A stretch of 64,000 bases of DNA from the NCBI GenBank assembly GCA_965657355.1, contig CBFHOE010000010.1:43795-107794 (forward strand), given 5' to 3'. The notes beneath the pieces are model-generated. The model saw only the letters and a list, made by a program, of their open reading frames with translations, did not search any database and had not been told where the DNA came from. Within the stretch, counting starts at the first letter, position 1; each line of letters opens with the position of its first letter. Below are positions 20,385-30,931 of this stretch, in pieces. The translations under genes and the position numbers were made by a program. The DNA is from Limisphaerales bacterium (lineage in GTDB: Bacteria > Verrucomicrobiota > Verrucomicrobiia > Limisphaerales > JAJOIW01).

Positions 20385-22595
20385 TTATTGTAACTCTGCC
20401 TCAGGGTCTTTGGAGGGATCGTTTAGAGATATACCTAAAACAACAGCTCCCTGCTTAGGACGATTACCATCAAGGTTGTCGATTTTCCGAGATTTTGAAG
20501 AAATAAAAATTTCCTCAACGGGCAAGCCTTTTAGTGTTAAAAGAGATTTAATTCTTTTGGCGCGCTCCAGACCCAGTTCATCACCAAATTTGACATATTC
20601 CTCAAGCGTGACATACCCGGTTAATTCGATACGTGATTCTATTCCTATGTCACGAGCCATTTGCAGAACTTCAACAATCTCTGAAAATACTTCATCAACC
20701 ATAGAGCTTTCACCGGATAACAATAGGGTTTTATCCGTCTCAAATTGAATGCGCTTATTGTTAATTGAGAGAATTTTGGCATTTATGATTTCGACTGAAG
20801 AAGTCCTCAAGGATTGCGTTAATATTTTTGGCAGCTCAGGTTTTAGACCATCCATGGAAACTTCATGGACCCCAGCAATAGATGAAGCAAAAAGTCTCGC
20901 TTTTTCAATCCAGTCTTTAGAGGCAGTGCCAGATAGTATTAATCTTTTACCAAAGACAGTTAGTGAAACATTTGGCGTCGGATTCAAAAAGGAGCGCACC
21001 CTACGAAAAACCATCTCTGAGTCATTGGAATCAAATGGAAACATCTGGAGATTGAGACGATCGGATTCAGGATACTCAGAAATCACCTCGTTTGGATTTC
21101 GGGCAAAGGGATCTTTTAATAGCTGAATGTCCTTATTTTTTGCGTGAACAACCTGGATTCCAGGCTCATTATTTAAAGCGTCAATCATACGACTAACAGC
21201 TTCTTGGAATTGAGCTTGCTTCGAATTTACAAAATAAGATTGAATGAAAAACAAAAAAACCATGCATACTATCGCAGCGCTACCAATTAATGATGGTTTC
21301 CGGTTTTTACTTCTTTTGCTTTGGACCCAATCAGTCATTTTGATTTCCAGTGATTCATAAGAATCAGAAATCTTCGGACTAGCAGAATGCGATAGAAATA
21401 TTTCGGGAAAATCATTATCTATTGATTGAACAAATTTTTTGAAATCTTCGACCTCGGAAGATTTGATTGAATCCGCATAATGCCCAATAGCACCACAACT
21501 ACCGACTTTACAGACTAATGAAGTCTGGCCGGTATCTGAAATTTTTGAAGTGAGGTAATGTTCGCCTTCATTTGGGTTTTCGTCATTATTTTCAAGTTCA
21601 GACCAAATGATTTGAGCTGTTCCTTCAACTTCTTTCTCCCATTTGTGTGCCGGCATTTTATGGAAGTTCTCATTGGAAAAGTCGGTAGTTACATGACAGA
21701 TAGGTTGATTCAGACCACAATGGTAAACCTTGATTCCCGTTGGATCATTTTCTACAGGGGGCAAAATGATTTTTTGAATCTCCTGTTTTTTTCGGATGGC
21801 TTGAATTCTTTTTTTCCAAATTTCAGAATCAAAGATCGAATGTATATACCTGGTAGTATTTATGAAAAGATTTGAGATGACATTCCAAAAAATATTTTCA
21901 TCTTGAGTAGAAAGGACTGATTTTTTAGGCATCCAAATTGTTTCAGGTAAAACTTCCTGCCTCGTCCCCGGCTCAGAGGCCTTATCTGAAATGACTTCAT
22001 CTGCTTTTTCAATGGCTTCATCCCTCTCGTGCTGGCGGCCCAAAATTACAGGTTCTTCACTTTCACTTTTAATCGGATTGGGAAGTTCTGACTCTGTGGC
22101 GACCTCCCCAGCACCCTTTTGTTCTGAATTGTCTGTCCCTGTTTGGGCGGTGCTATGAGAAGTATTTTCCTCGAGGTTTTTGTCATTACTCACGAGATTT
22201 TCTTGTTCTTCATTTTCAAAATTTTCTGACTGCATGACATCCTTATCTCTTTTGATGTGTTCACCCACTAAACCCTCATTGGTAGAAGGCTCAGACTCGT
22301 TGCTCTCAATTTCTGCCTTCATCCCATCAGCCGGAAGAGGATCAGAAAAATCGGGCACAGGCTCGACTTGCTTTTGACTTTCCGAGTCAAAGTACGAAGA
22401 TGCCACAGGGCTTTTAGATTGCCCACTTTCCTTTCCTTCCATCTCTGCGATTTCGGATGAACTCAGAATTGGTTCAGGATCTGCCTGATAGGCTTCAAAT
22501 TCCTTAATCAAATCGTTAAGCGCAGCATTGATATCTTTATCTGCGACAGGTTCATCAGCAGAGACATCTTCTTTACCCTCAAAATTACTCTGCAT
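20385..22595 (-). CDS. Membrane-anchored BON/OmpA-like protein with long acidic N-terminus
   Basis: TM helix SAAIVCMVFLFFI; LNNEPGI..LKDPFA; BON-like LILSGTA..WIEKA; OmpA-like IQFE..IELTGY..LGLERA. Confidence 0.65.
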   Translation of the reverse strand: MQSNFEGKEDVSADEPVADKDINAALNDLIKEFEAYQADPEPILSSSEIAEMEGKESGQSKSPVASSYFDSESQKQVEPVPDFSDPLPADGMKAEIESNESEPSTNEGLVGEHIKRDKDVMQSENFENEEQENLVSNDKNLEENTSHSTAQTGTDNSEQKGAGEVATESELPNPIKSESEEPVILGRQHERDEAIEKADEVISDKASEPGTRQEVLPETIWMPKKSVLSTQDENIFWNVISNLFINTTRYIHSIFDSEIWKKRIQAIRKKQEIQKIILPPVENDPTGIKVYHCGLNQPICHVTTDFSNENFHKMPAHKWEKEVEGTAQIIWSELENNDENPNEGEHYLTSKISDTGQTSLVCKVGSCGAIGHYADSIKSSEVEDFKKFVQSIDNDFPEIFLSHSASPKISDSYESLEIKMTDWVQSKRSKNRKPSLIGSAAIVCMVFLFFIQSYFVNSKQAQFQEAVSRMIDALNNEPGIQVVHAKNKDIQLLKDPFARNPNEVISEYPESDRLNLQMFPFDSNDSEMVFRRVRSFLNPTPNVSLTVFGKRLILSGTASKDWIEKARLFASSIAGVHEVSMDGLKPELPKILTQSLRTSSVEIINAKILSINNKRIQFETDKTLLLSGESSMVDEVFSEIVEVLQMARDIGIESRIELTGYVTLEEYVKFGDELGLERAKRIKSLLTLKGLPVEEIFISSKSRKIDNLDGNRPKQGAVVLGISLNDPSKDPEAELQ

Positions 22596-22864
22596 TGGAG
22601 TTTTATCTCCGGATCAATTATATCGGCTTAATTGGCCATTTGATTTACCAATGGTTTAGAAAGCCGCGTCCAAGACTAAACCCGGAATATCATTTAAAAA
22701 TAGGCATATGAGATCCAATCAACCCCCAAAAAAGCAATAATTTCTGGGCCAAAGTATGATTTGGATTTAAAAAAACTCAATTTTATCCTCCACTTTTAAA
22801 TCGATATGGATTTGCTAACAAATCAGCTTGAAGCCAAAGTCATTTAAGGTTTTCCTATACTTAA

Positions 22865-24052
22865 TTGTTCTGTTGTCCCTATTTGGTGGTGAGAAATAAA
22901 AATTCAAGTTCATCTCTTGGAGTGAAATCTGCTGAGAAATGTCAGATTGAGATCTCTGGGGATGGTTCAATCAGAGTCACCCTCCCTTGTTCTCTTGATT
23001 TTAACTCTGTCGGCGAGAGTTGGTCTGAAGTTGTAAAAACAATCAAAAAATCGAAAAATAACACTCCAATAATTGTTGATGGAAGCCAATTAACATTTTG
23101 CGACTCCGCAGGCGTGCGATTTCTTGCTGAAATCAAATCCATTACAACTACCTCTGGAGTGGAGTTACAAATAGCTGATCTTCCAGAAACAACTGTAATT
23201 AAAATCAGGGAATTCGATCGATTCAAAGCACAAGATTGGAGATCAAGAGGCGACAAAGCGGGTAATATATTCAAAGCTACAGGGAAAGGCATTGTCAGCA
23301 TCCTCAAAGATTTGGCCACTCAGATCGAATTTCTCGGTGAATTACTGGTCCAAACCGTCGTCTACCTCTCAAAACCGACAAAAATTCCCTGGCGCGATAT
23401 TATATCTATCTCAGAAAAAGTTGGAGCTCGGGCTATTGGGCTTGTCTCCCTCATAAGTTTTCTGATTGGTCTTATCATGGCTTTTCAGTCTGCGATTCCA
23501 ATGAAGAAATTTGGAGCCGAGCTCTTTGTTGCAGACCTGGTCGGTATCTCATTAGTGAGGGAATTAGCTCCTTTAATGACGGCACTATTAATCGCGGGTC
23601 GAAGCGGAGCTGCCTTTGCTGCGGAAATCGGGACAATGAAAGTCAATGAGGAGATTGATGCCCTGACCACAATGGGATTAAAACCCGTCCGTTATCTCGT
23701 TGTCAGCAGAGTCATTGCAACGATACTCATGACACCTATTCTGACGTCTTACGCCGTCTTCATGGGGCTTGCTGGTGGAGGATTAGTTTTTTGCTCGTTT
23801 GGTTTTCCATTGGTCACTTTTTTCAATCAATTGGACTTAGCGGTAAAAGTTATGGATTTTGTTGGTGGGACAGCGAAATCCTTTGTATTTGGATTTATCG
23901 TGGCAGCCATCGGGTGTTTAAGAGGTATACAGGCTAAAAGTGGGGCAAGTGCTGTCGGGCGCTCTACAACTTCAGCCGTTGTTACGGGAATTATTCTCAT
24001 TGTCGTGGCAGATGGAGTATTCTCAGTAATTTATTATTTCTTAGGAATCTAA
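22865..24052 (+). CDS. mlaE: MlaE-family ABC permease with N-terminal STAS domain (start probably GTG at 22886 or 22889)
   Basis: DSAG STAS motif; RELAPL..AGRSGAAFAAEIGTMKVNEEIDAL; VGRSTTSAVV. Confidence 0.92.
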   Translation: MFCCPYLVVRNKNSSSSLGVKSAEKCQIEISGDGSIRVTLPCSLDFNSVGESWSEVVKTIKKSKNNTPIIVDGSQLTFCDSAGVRFLAEIKSITTTSGVELQIADLPETTVIKIREFDRFKAQDWRSRGDKAGNIFKATGKGIVSILKDLATQIEFLGELLVQTVVYLSKPTKIPWRDIISISEKVGARAIGLVSLISFLIGLIMAFQSAIPMKKFGAELFVADLVGISLVRELAPLMTALLIAGRSGAAFAAEIGTMKVNEEIDALTTMGLKPVRYLVVSRVIATILMTPILTSYAVFMGLAGGGLVFCSFGFPLVTFFNQLDLAVKVMDFVGGTAKSFVFGFIVAAIGCLRGIQAKSGASAVGRSTTSAVVTGIILIVVADGVFSVIYYFLGI

Positions 24053-24058
24053 TACCTT

Positions 24059-24841
24059 ATGGCAGAAAAAATGATAAATGAACAAGAGCCTGCTATTTCT
24101 GTCCGAGAATTCAAAACGGGTTACGATGACTCCGTCCTTTTGGAGAAAATAAATTTCGATGTATTAAGAAAAGAAGTGTTTGTCATTTTAGGAGGATCGG
24201 GATGCGGAAAAAGCACCCTATTAAAACACCTCATTGGCCTGCATAAACCCTGGGAAGGTTCCATAAAAATTTTAGGTAATGAATTAACGCATTCAAAAGA
24301 AGGCGAAATGAATTCAATACGCCGACAATTCGGAGTCATGTATCAAAGCGGGGCTTTATTTGGGTCAATGACACTTTTGCAAAATGTCAGCCTTCCCATT
24401 AAAGAATGGACGAAACTTCCAGACTCAGCAGTGAAAGACATCGCATTATGGCGGTTGAGTCAGGTAGGGCTCGGTAATTTCAGTGACTTCGTACCATCAG
24501 AAATAAGCGGAGGGATGCGCAAAAGAGCTGCTATAGCTCGCGCCATGGCCATGGACCCTCAAATCCTCTTTCTTGATGAACCCGGTGCGGGGCTCGACCC
24601 AATCACGTCAGCAGATTTGGATCAGCTTATTTTAAAGCTAAGAGATGAGCTAGGTATGACATTTGTCGTGGTCACACACGAATTGGAAAGTGTTTTTAAT
24701 ATCGCATCTACCTGCATCATGTTGGATAAAGAGACAAAAGGCATCATTGGAATGGGCCAGCCAAGCCAACTTAGAGATGAATGCGAAAACCCAAAAGTCA
24801 GGCAATTTTTCAGCAGAACGCCAACAACGGATAATTCATAA
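24059..24841 (+). CDS. mlaF: MlaF-family ABC ATPase
   Basis: Walker A GGSGCGKST; SGGMRKR; FLDEPGAGLDP; VTH. Confidence 0.93.
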   Translation: MAEKMINEQEPAISVREFKTGYDDSVLLEKINFDVLRKEVFVILGGSGCGKSTLLKHLIGLHKPWEGSIKILGNELTHSKEGEMNSIRRQFGVMYQSGALFGSMTLLQNVSLPIKEWTKLPDSAVKDIALWRLSQVGLGNFSDFVPSEISGGMRKRAAIARAMAMDPQILFLDEPGAGLDPITSADLDQLILKLRDELGMTFVVVTHELESVFNIASTCIMLDKETKGIIGMGQPSQLRDECENPKVRQFFSRTPTTDNS

Positions 24842-24844
24842 CTT

Positions 24845-25837
24845 ATGAATCATAGGACGCCTTATTTAACAATTGGAATATTCACGCTAGTCGGAATAGT
24901 GCTTTTAGTCGTTGGCATCTTAATGTTTGGAGCTGGCCGGGTATTGGAGCAAAGAATTATAATGGAGACCTATATTGATGAATCCGTTCAGGGATTGGAT
25001 GAAGGGTCAGCAGTCAAACTTCGAGGTGTAAAAGTTGGCAATGTTCAAGAAATCAATTTCACAAGGAATTTTTATGAACTGAACTTACCGTATGAAAAAA
25101 GACGAAACTACGTTTTAGTCAAATTCGAGCTTCAACCAAAGGCGATTGGTATTGACGACACTTCAAAGCTTCAACTTGCCTTAAAAAAATTAACTCAAGG
25201 CGGCCTTAGAGTAAGGCTTGCTTCAGCAAACCTTACCGGGGTCGCCTATCTGGAATTAGATTCTTCAGAAAAATACAAGGAAGACAAATTGGATTATGAT
25301 TGGAACCCAATCAACCCGTATGTACCGTCAACTTCGAGCTCGATTTCAAGATTATTGGCTGCTGTGGAGAGTGTTTTTGAAAAGCTCGAATCTATCGATA
25401 TAACCACGGTCATTTCAAATTTAGAAAAAACCTTGAGCACACTGGAAAACAAAATATCAAATATAGATACGGCTGCAATCAGCGACGGAACTGAAAAACT
25501 TCTGACTGAATTGAGAGGGACAAACAAGCAATTCCAAGGATTGATGGAAGACCTCGACGCACAAAAGCTATCGAACCAAGCTTCCCAAACCCTTATTTCC
25601 ATACAAAATAAAATAAACGCCCTGGACCTAGATCAAGTCATTGAATCTCTCGAACATTCCATGACCCAAATCGATTCTATCACCGGAGTGGTCGCAGGAA
25701 ATAGAAAATCACTGAGTGCGACACTTCAAAATTTTGAGCTCATATCAAATGCCATCAGAGAACTCAGTGTGGAGATAAAAAATAATCCATCAGGAATTAT
25801 ACTCGGCTCACCACCTGAAAAAATACTTCGAAGATAA
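24845..25837 (+). CDS. mlaD: MCE/MlaD-family protein with helical extension
   Basis: N-terminal TM; ESVQGLDEGSAVKLRGVKVGNV; LTGVAYLEL; C-terminal NPSGIILG. Confidence 0.9.
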   Translation: MNHRTPYLTIGIFTLVGIVLLVVGILMFGAGRVLEQRIIMETYIDESVQGLDEGSAVKLRGVKVGNVQEINFTRNFYELNLPYEKRRNYVLVKFELQPKAIGIDDTSKLQLALKKLTQGGLRVRLASANLTGVAYLELDSSEKYKEDKLDYDWNPINPYVPSTSSSISRLLAAVESVFEKLESIDITTVISNLEKTLSTLENKISNIDTAAISDGTEKLLTELRGTNKQFQGLMEDLDAQKLSNQASQTLISIQNKINALDLDQVIESLEHSMTQIDSITGVVAGNRKSLSATLQNFELISNAIRELSVEIKNNPSGIILGSPPEKILRR

Positions 25838-25876
25838 AATATTTCACACCGACCCACAGGGAACAAAAAATCCAAT

Positions 25877-26569
25877 ATGAACCATTTCAAGCAAAAGTTT
25901 TTTTTTAGTTCGCACCTATTAAATGAAGCGAATGGCTGGAAGTTATTAGGCAACTTTTTGATACTTGCAGGGTTATTTTCATTTTCAGGTTGTTCCTTTC
26001 TCAAAACCAGAGATCTTCCGAAAGCATATAAAATATCAGTATCGAGGGAAACGACCGAAAAAACTCAAAAAGGGGAGTTCGACAGCATTGTTATCGAGGT
26101 ATTACCGTTCTCGTCAAATAAGCCCTTTGATTCCACGCTGATTCAAATATTGGGTGATAATAAAGTTTGGAAAGAAGATTACTACAATCAGATATTCATC
26201 AGTCCGGATATTTTAATCAGTCAAGATTTAAGAAAATGGCTATCCGATACGGAAGCTTTTAAAAATGTTTCCTTACCCATCACACGCGAAGATACCAACG
26301 TAGTAATCCATGGGAACGTGGAGAAGTTTTTTATAAATGCATCAAACCCTAAATCTCCTGCGTCCACAGTTTCATTAAAATTCTCTGTGACTTGGAATGA
26401 CGACACCAAAATTGAAAATGAGGTGACCCAATCATTCAAGTACGAAAGTGAAATACCAATTCCTGGATTAAAGACGGAATACGTCATCGAGGGACTGGAA
26501 ATAGCATTGGAAGAGGTTTTCAGGTTGTTTGAACAAGACCTTTATTCCTTTTTATCTGGTGTAATGTAG
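25877..26569 (+). CDS. ABC-transport auxiliary lipoprotein (PqiC-like)
   Basis: Lipobox FSGC; YYNQ...SP; last gene of the MCE operon. Confidence 0.7.
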   Translation: MNHFKQKFFFSSHLLNEANGWKLLGNFLILAGLFSFSGCSFLKTRDLPKAYKISVSRETTEKTQKGEFDSIVIEVLPFSSNKPFDSTLIQILGDNKVWKEDYYNQIFISPDILISQDLRKWLSDTEAFKNVSLPITREDTNVVIHGNVEKFFINASNPKSPASTVSLKFSVTWNDDTKIENEVTQSFKYESEIPIPGLKTEYVIEGLEIALEEVFRLFEQDLYSFLSGVM

Positions 26570-26582
26570 TTCTGCGGGCGGG

Positions 26583-28106
26583 CTATTTGGATTCTTTTTT
26601 CTCTTCGCTTTGGATCGCACTTCCCTTATTGGGTATGAGATCTTCTGAAGGAACAACCCCGTATTTTAGCTCGGCCGAACGCATTATTATGGATCTTCTG
26701 AAAAGGTCAGCCTTATCTAATTCTTTAACAACTCGATTCAATGCCAGTATGGATAATCCCTCAGGCATCTTTTTACGGGAGTTTCTGGAATATTTTGACC
26801 GGTGGGATAAATAATTATCAATAATAGAGATATAGTTTCCAATCGTATCTAAAACCAATGGATGGCTCTGGGCATGAAGGAACAAAAGCCGATTGTAAGT
26901 CCGCGCAAGATTGTCAGAATGTTCTCGAAATGATGTCTGGGCTAAATAATCTTGAAGCTTCATTGGCTCAGGAGCATTCAATAATTCCAAACCATTTTGA
27001 GGCAACCCATCAGCTTCGTAATTTGAGTTCGAATCATCATCGGCGTCTTCAATTGATTCAAAGCGCAACAGGAGCTGCTCGAGTCGAGTCATCGACTCAA
27101 AAGGTTGTAACATTGAAAGCTCATTTCTTCTCAAAATTTTTATTCCTTGAATGGTCCACCATTTTTCAATTTCAAGAAAAGTTCCGAAATAGTTTTGGTA
27201 GGCATCCATAAAACTCAACTGCCAATTTAACCGCCGACTAAGACTTTTCAGCCAATCGAGTAAGATTAACTTACCCTTCGGAAGCTCACAAAGTTTCCTC
27301 ATAAATACATGAGCTGACACATCATAATAAGTCCTCAACTCATCGGCAAAGGCTTCTGGAGGGGGAAAACTTAGCTCTTCAAATGACATTGGGGTCTGCC
27401 TATCCAAGAGCTTGTGTGAAACAGCAAGCGGATCGACAAACTGCTGATTAATATGGATTTTTTGATCGGGTTCCAACAAGGGTCTCCATAATGAACCTTC
27501 CAGAAATTCTCTCTCCAAAGCGCGTACGATCCACAAAGGAGGAGGCTCCTGGTGAGGGCCAGGGTGCTGCAATAAAAATTCTCTAAGGACAATGCCAACA
27601 AGTAATCTTCCTAGTTTTTTCCTCTGAATAAAATAGGGAAGTTCGCTGATAATTTGGGTTTGATCTTTGAGATTCCTTATTTGAACAACGACATCTGCTC
27701 CCGGCTCTAGGAGTGGATTGATTTTGAAAAAAACGCGGTTCTCCCAATTTCTCGGAATGCCGAAAAACATATAGTAGCTAGCAGCTACTCTTTCGGCCAT
27801 CACCACCAAAAGATCGGCATCCAGTCGAAGCATTTTATTTTCGATGCCCTTGATAGGATCTTTAATGGTATCAGCATTAATAACAGACTCTAGGACATGA
27901 AACTGTTGGCTGTGGCTTCGAACCACATCTCTATTCTTAATCCCACCAAACAGCTCTTTCTCAATGATTTCCTGATCATTGAACCCGACTTGCTGGCCGA
28001 CCACAAAAAATTGAGATACCAAAAAAATTACCGAAAGAATAATGAAATATCTGAAACTCCGTTGTGAGCCTTTTGTGTATAAACTTTTTTTCATGTGTTC
28101 CAGCAC
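26583..28106 (-). CDS. Hypothetical exported protein
   Basis: 507-aa ORF with N-terminal hydrophobic segment; SQQFHV and PPLW motifs; no confident family. Confidence 0.7.
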   Translation of the reverse strand: MLEHMKKSLYTKGSQRSFRYFIILSVIFLVSQFFVVGQQVGFNDQEIIEKELFGGIKNRDVVRSHSQQFHVLESVINADTIKDPIKGIENKMLRLDADLLVVMAERVAASYYMFFGIPRNWENRVFFKINPLLEPGADVVVQIRNLKDQTQIISELPYFIQRKKLGRLLVGIVLREFLLQHPGPHQEPPPLWIVRALEREFLEGSLWRPLLEPDQKIHINQQFVDPLAVSHKLLDRQTPMSFEELSFPPPEAFADELRTYYDVSAHVFMRKLCELPKGKLILLDWLKSLSRRLNWQLSFMDAYQNYFGTFLEIEKWWTIQGIKILRRNELSMLQPFESMTRLEQLLLRFESIEDADDDSNSNYEADGLPQNGLELLNAPEPMKLQDYLAQTSFREHSDNLARTYNRLLFLHAQSHPLVLDTIGNYISIIDNYLSHRSKYSRNSRKKMPEGLSILALNRVVKELDKADLFRRSIIMRSAELKYGVVPSEDLIPNKGSAIQSEEKKESK

Positions 28107-28178
28107 TCTTTTAAGTTGGAGTCATTCCTGGAATCAATGTTACCTACTGATTCATTTGAGAATCTTAAAGATAGGACT

Positions 28179-28475
28179 CTAACTTTTCTTTTTGCTAGAT
28201 TTTTTGGACGTAGATTTGGATGTGGAGGTTTTCGAGCTGGAGCTTTTGGAACCTTCCTTGTCTTTTTTAGCCCCCGATTTATAGCTCTCGCTCCTATAAT
28301 CAGTAATGTAAAATCCTGAACCTTTAAAGATAAGCCCTGCCCCACCCCCGATGGCTCGCTTCACGGGTCCTGGACAGTTTTTTTTGGGACAGTCTGTAAG
28401 GTGATCGTCATTCATTGACTGAAAAACCTCAAATTCTTTTCCGCATTTCTCACATATGTATTCGTAAGTGGGCAT
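28179..28475 (-). CDS. FmdB-family zinc-ribbon protein
   Basis: MPTYEYICEKC..CPKKNC..FKGSGFYITDY with Ser/Lys-rich tail. Confidence 0.93.
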   Translation of the reverse strand: MPTYEYICEKCGKEFEVFQSMNDDHLTDCPKKNCPGPVKRAIGGGAGLIFKGSGFYITDYRSESYKSGAKKDKEGSKSSSSKTSTSKSTSKKSSKKKS

Positions 28476-28570
28476 ATTTACTCAAACTTAACTAGGAAAG
28501 CATAAAGGATGCGTCAAGCTCCAGGAAAATGAAACCCATTAAATGCGAGCTCATGAAATAAATCATACCA

Positions 28571-29785
28571 ATGGAATTGACAAATGGAGCAGCGGGCACT
28601 TTGTTTCTTACTATGAGGAAGGGTTTTCCAAAGAAAATAAAGTGGGTTTTCTGGGCAGTCTCAGCCCTGGTATTTTCTATTAATTCACAAGCCTCCAAAC
28701 CTATCGTTACTCTTTTGAACCCAGACAATGGAACAGCTGGGGACAAAATACGAATTTTAGGCCAGAATTTTAACGAAATTATGGGCATAACTTTCAATGG
28801 TGTTCTCGCTCCATCTTTTGTGGTTACAGCGCAAAATCAACTTGAAGTCACGGTCCCCGCAGGTGCAAATTCTGGTCCAATTTCTGTCCAGAACAGCTCA
28901 GGAATTGGTATTTCCGAGGATATTTTTACAATCTACAACCCAGGCCCAAGACCCTTTTCATTTGAGCCAGCGAAGGGTCAGGTTAATGATATTGTCACTA
29001 TCCTAGGTGATAAATTCACGAGCCAAACACAGGTATATTTCCACAATAATATTCGGGCCACACAAGTAGAGATTGTGGCGCAAGGAGAATTGAGGGTCGT
29101 CGTCCCCGCCGAAGCTCAGACAGGGCCTATCACGTTGGCCGGTCCATTTGGATCAAATACGACTGCACGTGATTTTAATGTGGTGGTGTCCAATGATTTG
29201 GAATTTTCCATAACGACACCTTCTCAAGCATTTTCGGTTGGAGAAACCTCGTTCGTGGATTGGAAGATCAAAAGCTCGTCTCTTGTGGAGTCAATCGATG
29301 TTGAATTGACGTTGCTCATACCCGACAGAGGAATTGTGCTTGAAAAGGTTCACTCTGATATTGGAACACCTACAAGCTTGGGTAGATTCTATCAAATATC
29401 AAATGTCAATATTCCAGCAGGGGAGTCGTGGGTTGGCAGAATACAATTCATTCCAACAGATTCAGCTATTCCATTTTCGTTCGAAGGATCAATTGCTTCT
29501 CCGGACGAGGACCCTAACTCGGAAAATAATTCCATGGTCATTGGGTATAGTGCCACTATCAGGCAACCAGAGATTGCAATTTCCGTTGTTCAAAATGGAA
29601 AAGTAAAACTTGAATGGCCAGCCTATCCCAGCGACTGGCAGGTCATTAAAAAAAGTGGATTGCAGCCATTTTCATTTTGGACTCTCGAGACATCAACCCC
29701 GTCATTGAACAAAAATAAAAAATTCATAATTATTAATCCAACAAATGAGGATGGGGATTTAGTTGTTTATCAATTGAGGCGATAA
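28571..29785 (+). CDS. Secreted IPT/TIG x2 + DUF11-like protein with C-terminal W..W..YQL domain (start probably ATG 28613)
   Basis: Two P..G..G....I.G.xF..VPA.A..GPI TIG repeats; DPNSENNS. Confidence 0.8.
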   Translation: MELTNGAAGTLFLTMRKGFPKKIKWVFWAVSALVFSINSQASKPIVTLLNPDNGTAGDKIRILGQNFNEIMGITFNGVLAPSFVVTAQNQLEVTVPAGANSGPISVQNSSGIGISEDIFTIYNPGPRPFSFEPAKGQVNDIVTILGDKFTSQTQVYFHNNIRATQVEIVAQGELRVVVPAEAQTGPITLAGPFGSNTTARDFNVVVSNDLEFSITTPSQAFSVGETSFVDWKIKSSSLVESIDVELTLLIPDRGIVLEKVHSDIGTPTSLGRFYQISNVNIPAGESWVGRIQFIPTDSAIPFSFEGSIASPDEDPNSENNSMVIGYSATIRQPEIAISVVQNGKVKLEWPAYPSDWQVIKKSGLQPFSFWTLETSTPSLNKNKKFIIINPTNEDGDLVVYQLRR

Positions 29786-29794
29786 TGGAAAGTA

Positions 29795-30883
29795 TTATGG
29801 AACAAGCTCGATCCGAAAATTGGGTATGGTCGACTGCCCCAGTTCCATGAGTTCTGCATTGTATATCAATTCGCCAGCTGATTCAGGGAATGGATTAAAC
29901 CCAATACTCTCTCTCAGCTCGTTCGCTCGTTTCAATGTATACGCATCCAACGCGACGGGATCTCTGCTTATCCAAAGCTCGGAAACAGGAGGGTGGTAAT
30001 GGATTTTTCCTGGTCTATTTCCCACAACAGAGCCAATCAAAGCATCTGTGATAAATAAGCATGTCTTATCCGCAAGTGGCTCCAACGCGTAGATTTCTGG
30101 CACAGCTTCAGCCAGAATGGCAGGATGGGTTAAAAATCGATTAAAGTTATCGACTCCGGAGTATGCCAAAGAGTAAAGGTGCCCCCGAATTCCAGCTACT
30201 CGATCCGAAGCCAATGACCCGACTTGGATGACCCGATCAAATCGATTGATAAGAAGCTTAGAAACATACGAAAGGCGCCCAGCTGATGGCTCCTCGCTCC
30301 CAAACTCCACATCACTCCAAATGAGAGTTCCTTTAACAGGAGATTCATATGTTTGTTCTGAATCATAACCTCCATTAACCGCGTAGAGGAAAGATTTTGG
30401 GTCAAGAATCCCTTGCAATTCACTTTTTAAAAAAGAAAGGTCGTTGGGGTTTCGAGACCACAGAAAAATTTGGTCTTTTGAGATACCAGAACTTTGAAGT
30501 CCTTGAATAAGACTTTCTACAATCGGCGCCAGAGTAGAGTTATCACTCCATCCATCAGGGGCAATAAAAACCCCAACCCTCTCTCCCGGAGCAGCAATTT
30601 TCTCCCATCCAGACTTTAATGAATCGCTTTTAGTCAGAGAGAGTATACCAGACTGGACCATGCTTTTTATAACCTCAGACTGGCCTTGAAATTCGACGAC
30701 TGCATTTTCTCTCTCCAATCGGATGATTCTGCCCAAATCTTTCTCGCCGGGAGGCCCGATAACTGGCCTTTCGACCTCATTAGCACTGGGTGTTTGATCA
30801 CTGCCAACAGCCACAAGGCGGCAAAGAAGGAATATCATCATTCCTAATAACCTGATTTTTAGATTGGGCCGCCGGATATTCAT
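29795..30883 (-). CDS. DUF362-like exported protein
   Basis: MVQSGILSLT, PGERVG, ITDAL, SRDPVALDA. Confidence 0.7.
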   Translation of the reverse strand: MNIRRPNLKIRLLGMMIFLLCRLVAVGSDQTPSANEVERPVIGPPGEKDLGRIIRLERENAVVEFQGQSEVIKSMVQSGILSLTKSDSLKSGWEKIAAPGERVGVFIAPDGWSDNSTLAPIVESLIQGLQSSGISKDQIFLWSRNPNDLSFLKSELQGILDPKSFLYAVNGGYDSEQTYESPVKGTLIWSDVEFGSEEPSAGRLSYVSKLLINRFDRVIQVGSLASDRVAGIRGHLYSLAYSGVDNFNRFLTHPAILAEAVPEIYALEPLADKTCLFITDALIGSVVGNRPGKIHYHPPVSELWISRDPVALDAYTLKRANELRESIGFNPFPESAGELIYNAELMELGQSTIPNFRIELVP

Positions 30884-30931
30884 CTTTTCTATTCGTATTT
30901 GGCTAAAATATCGGTATAAAGGATAAGAGAG

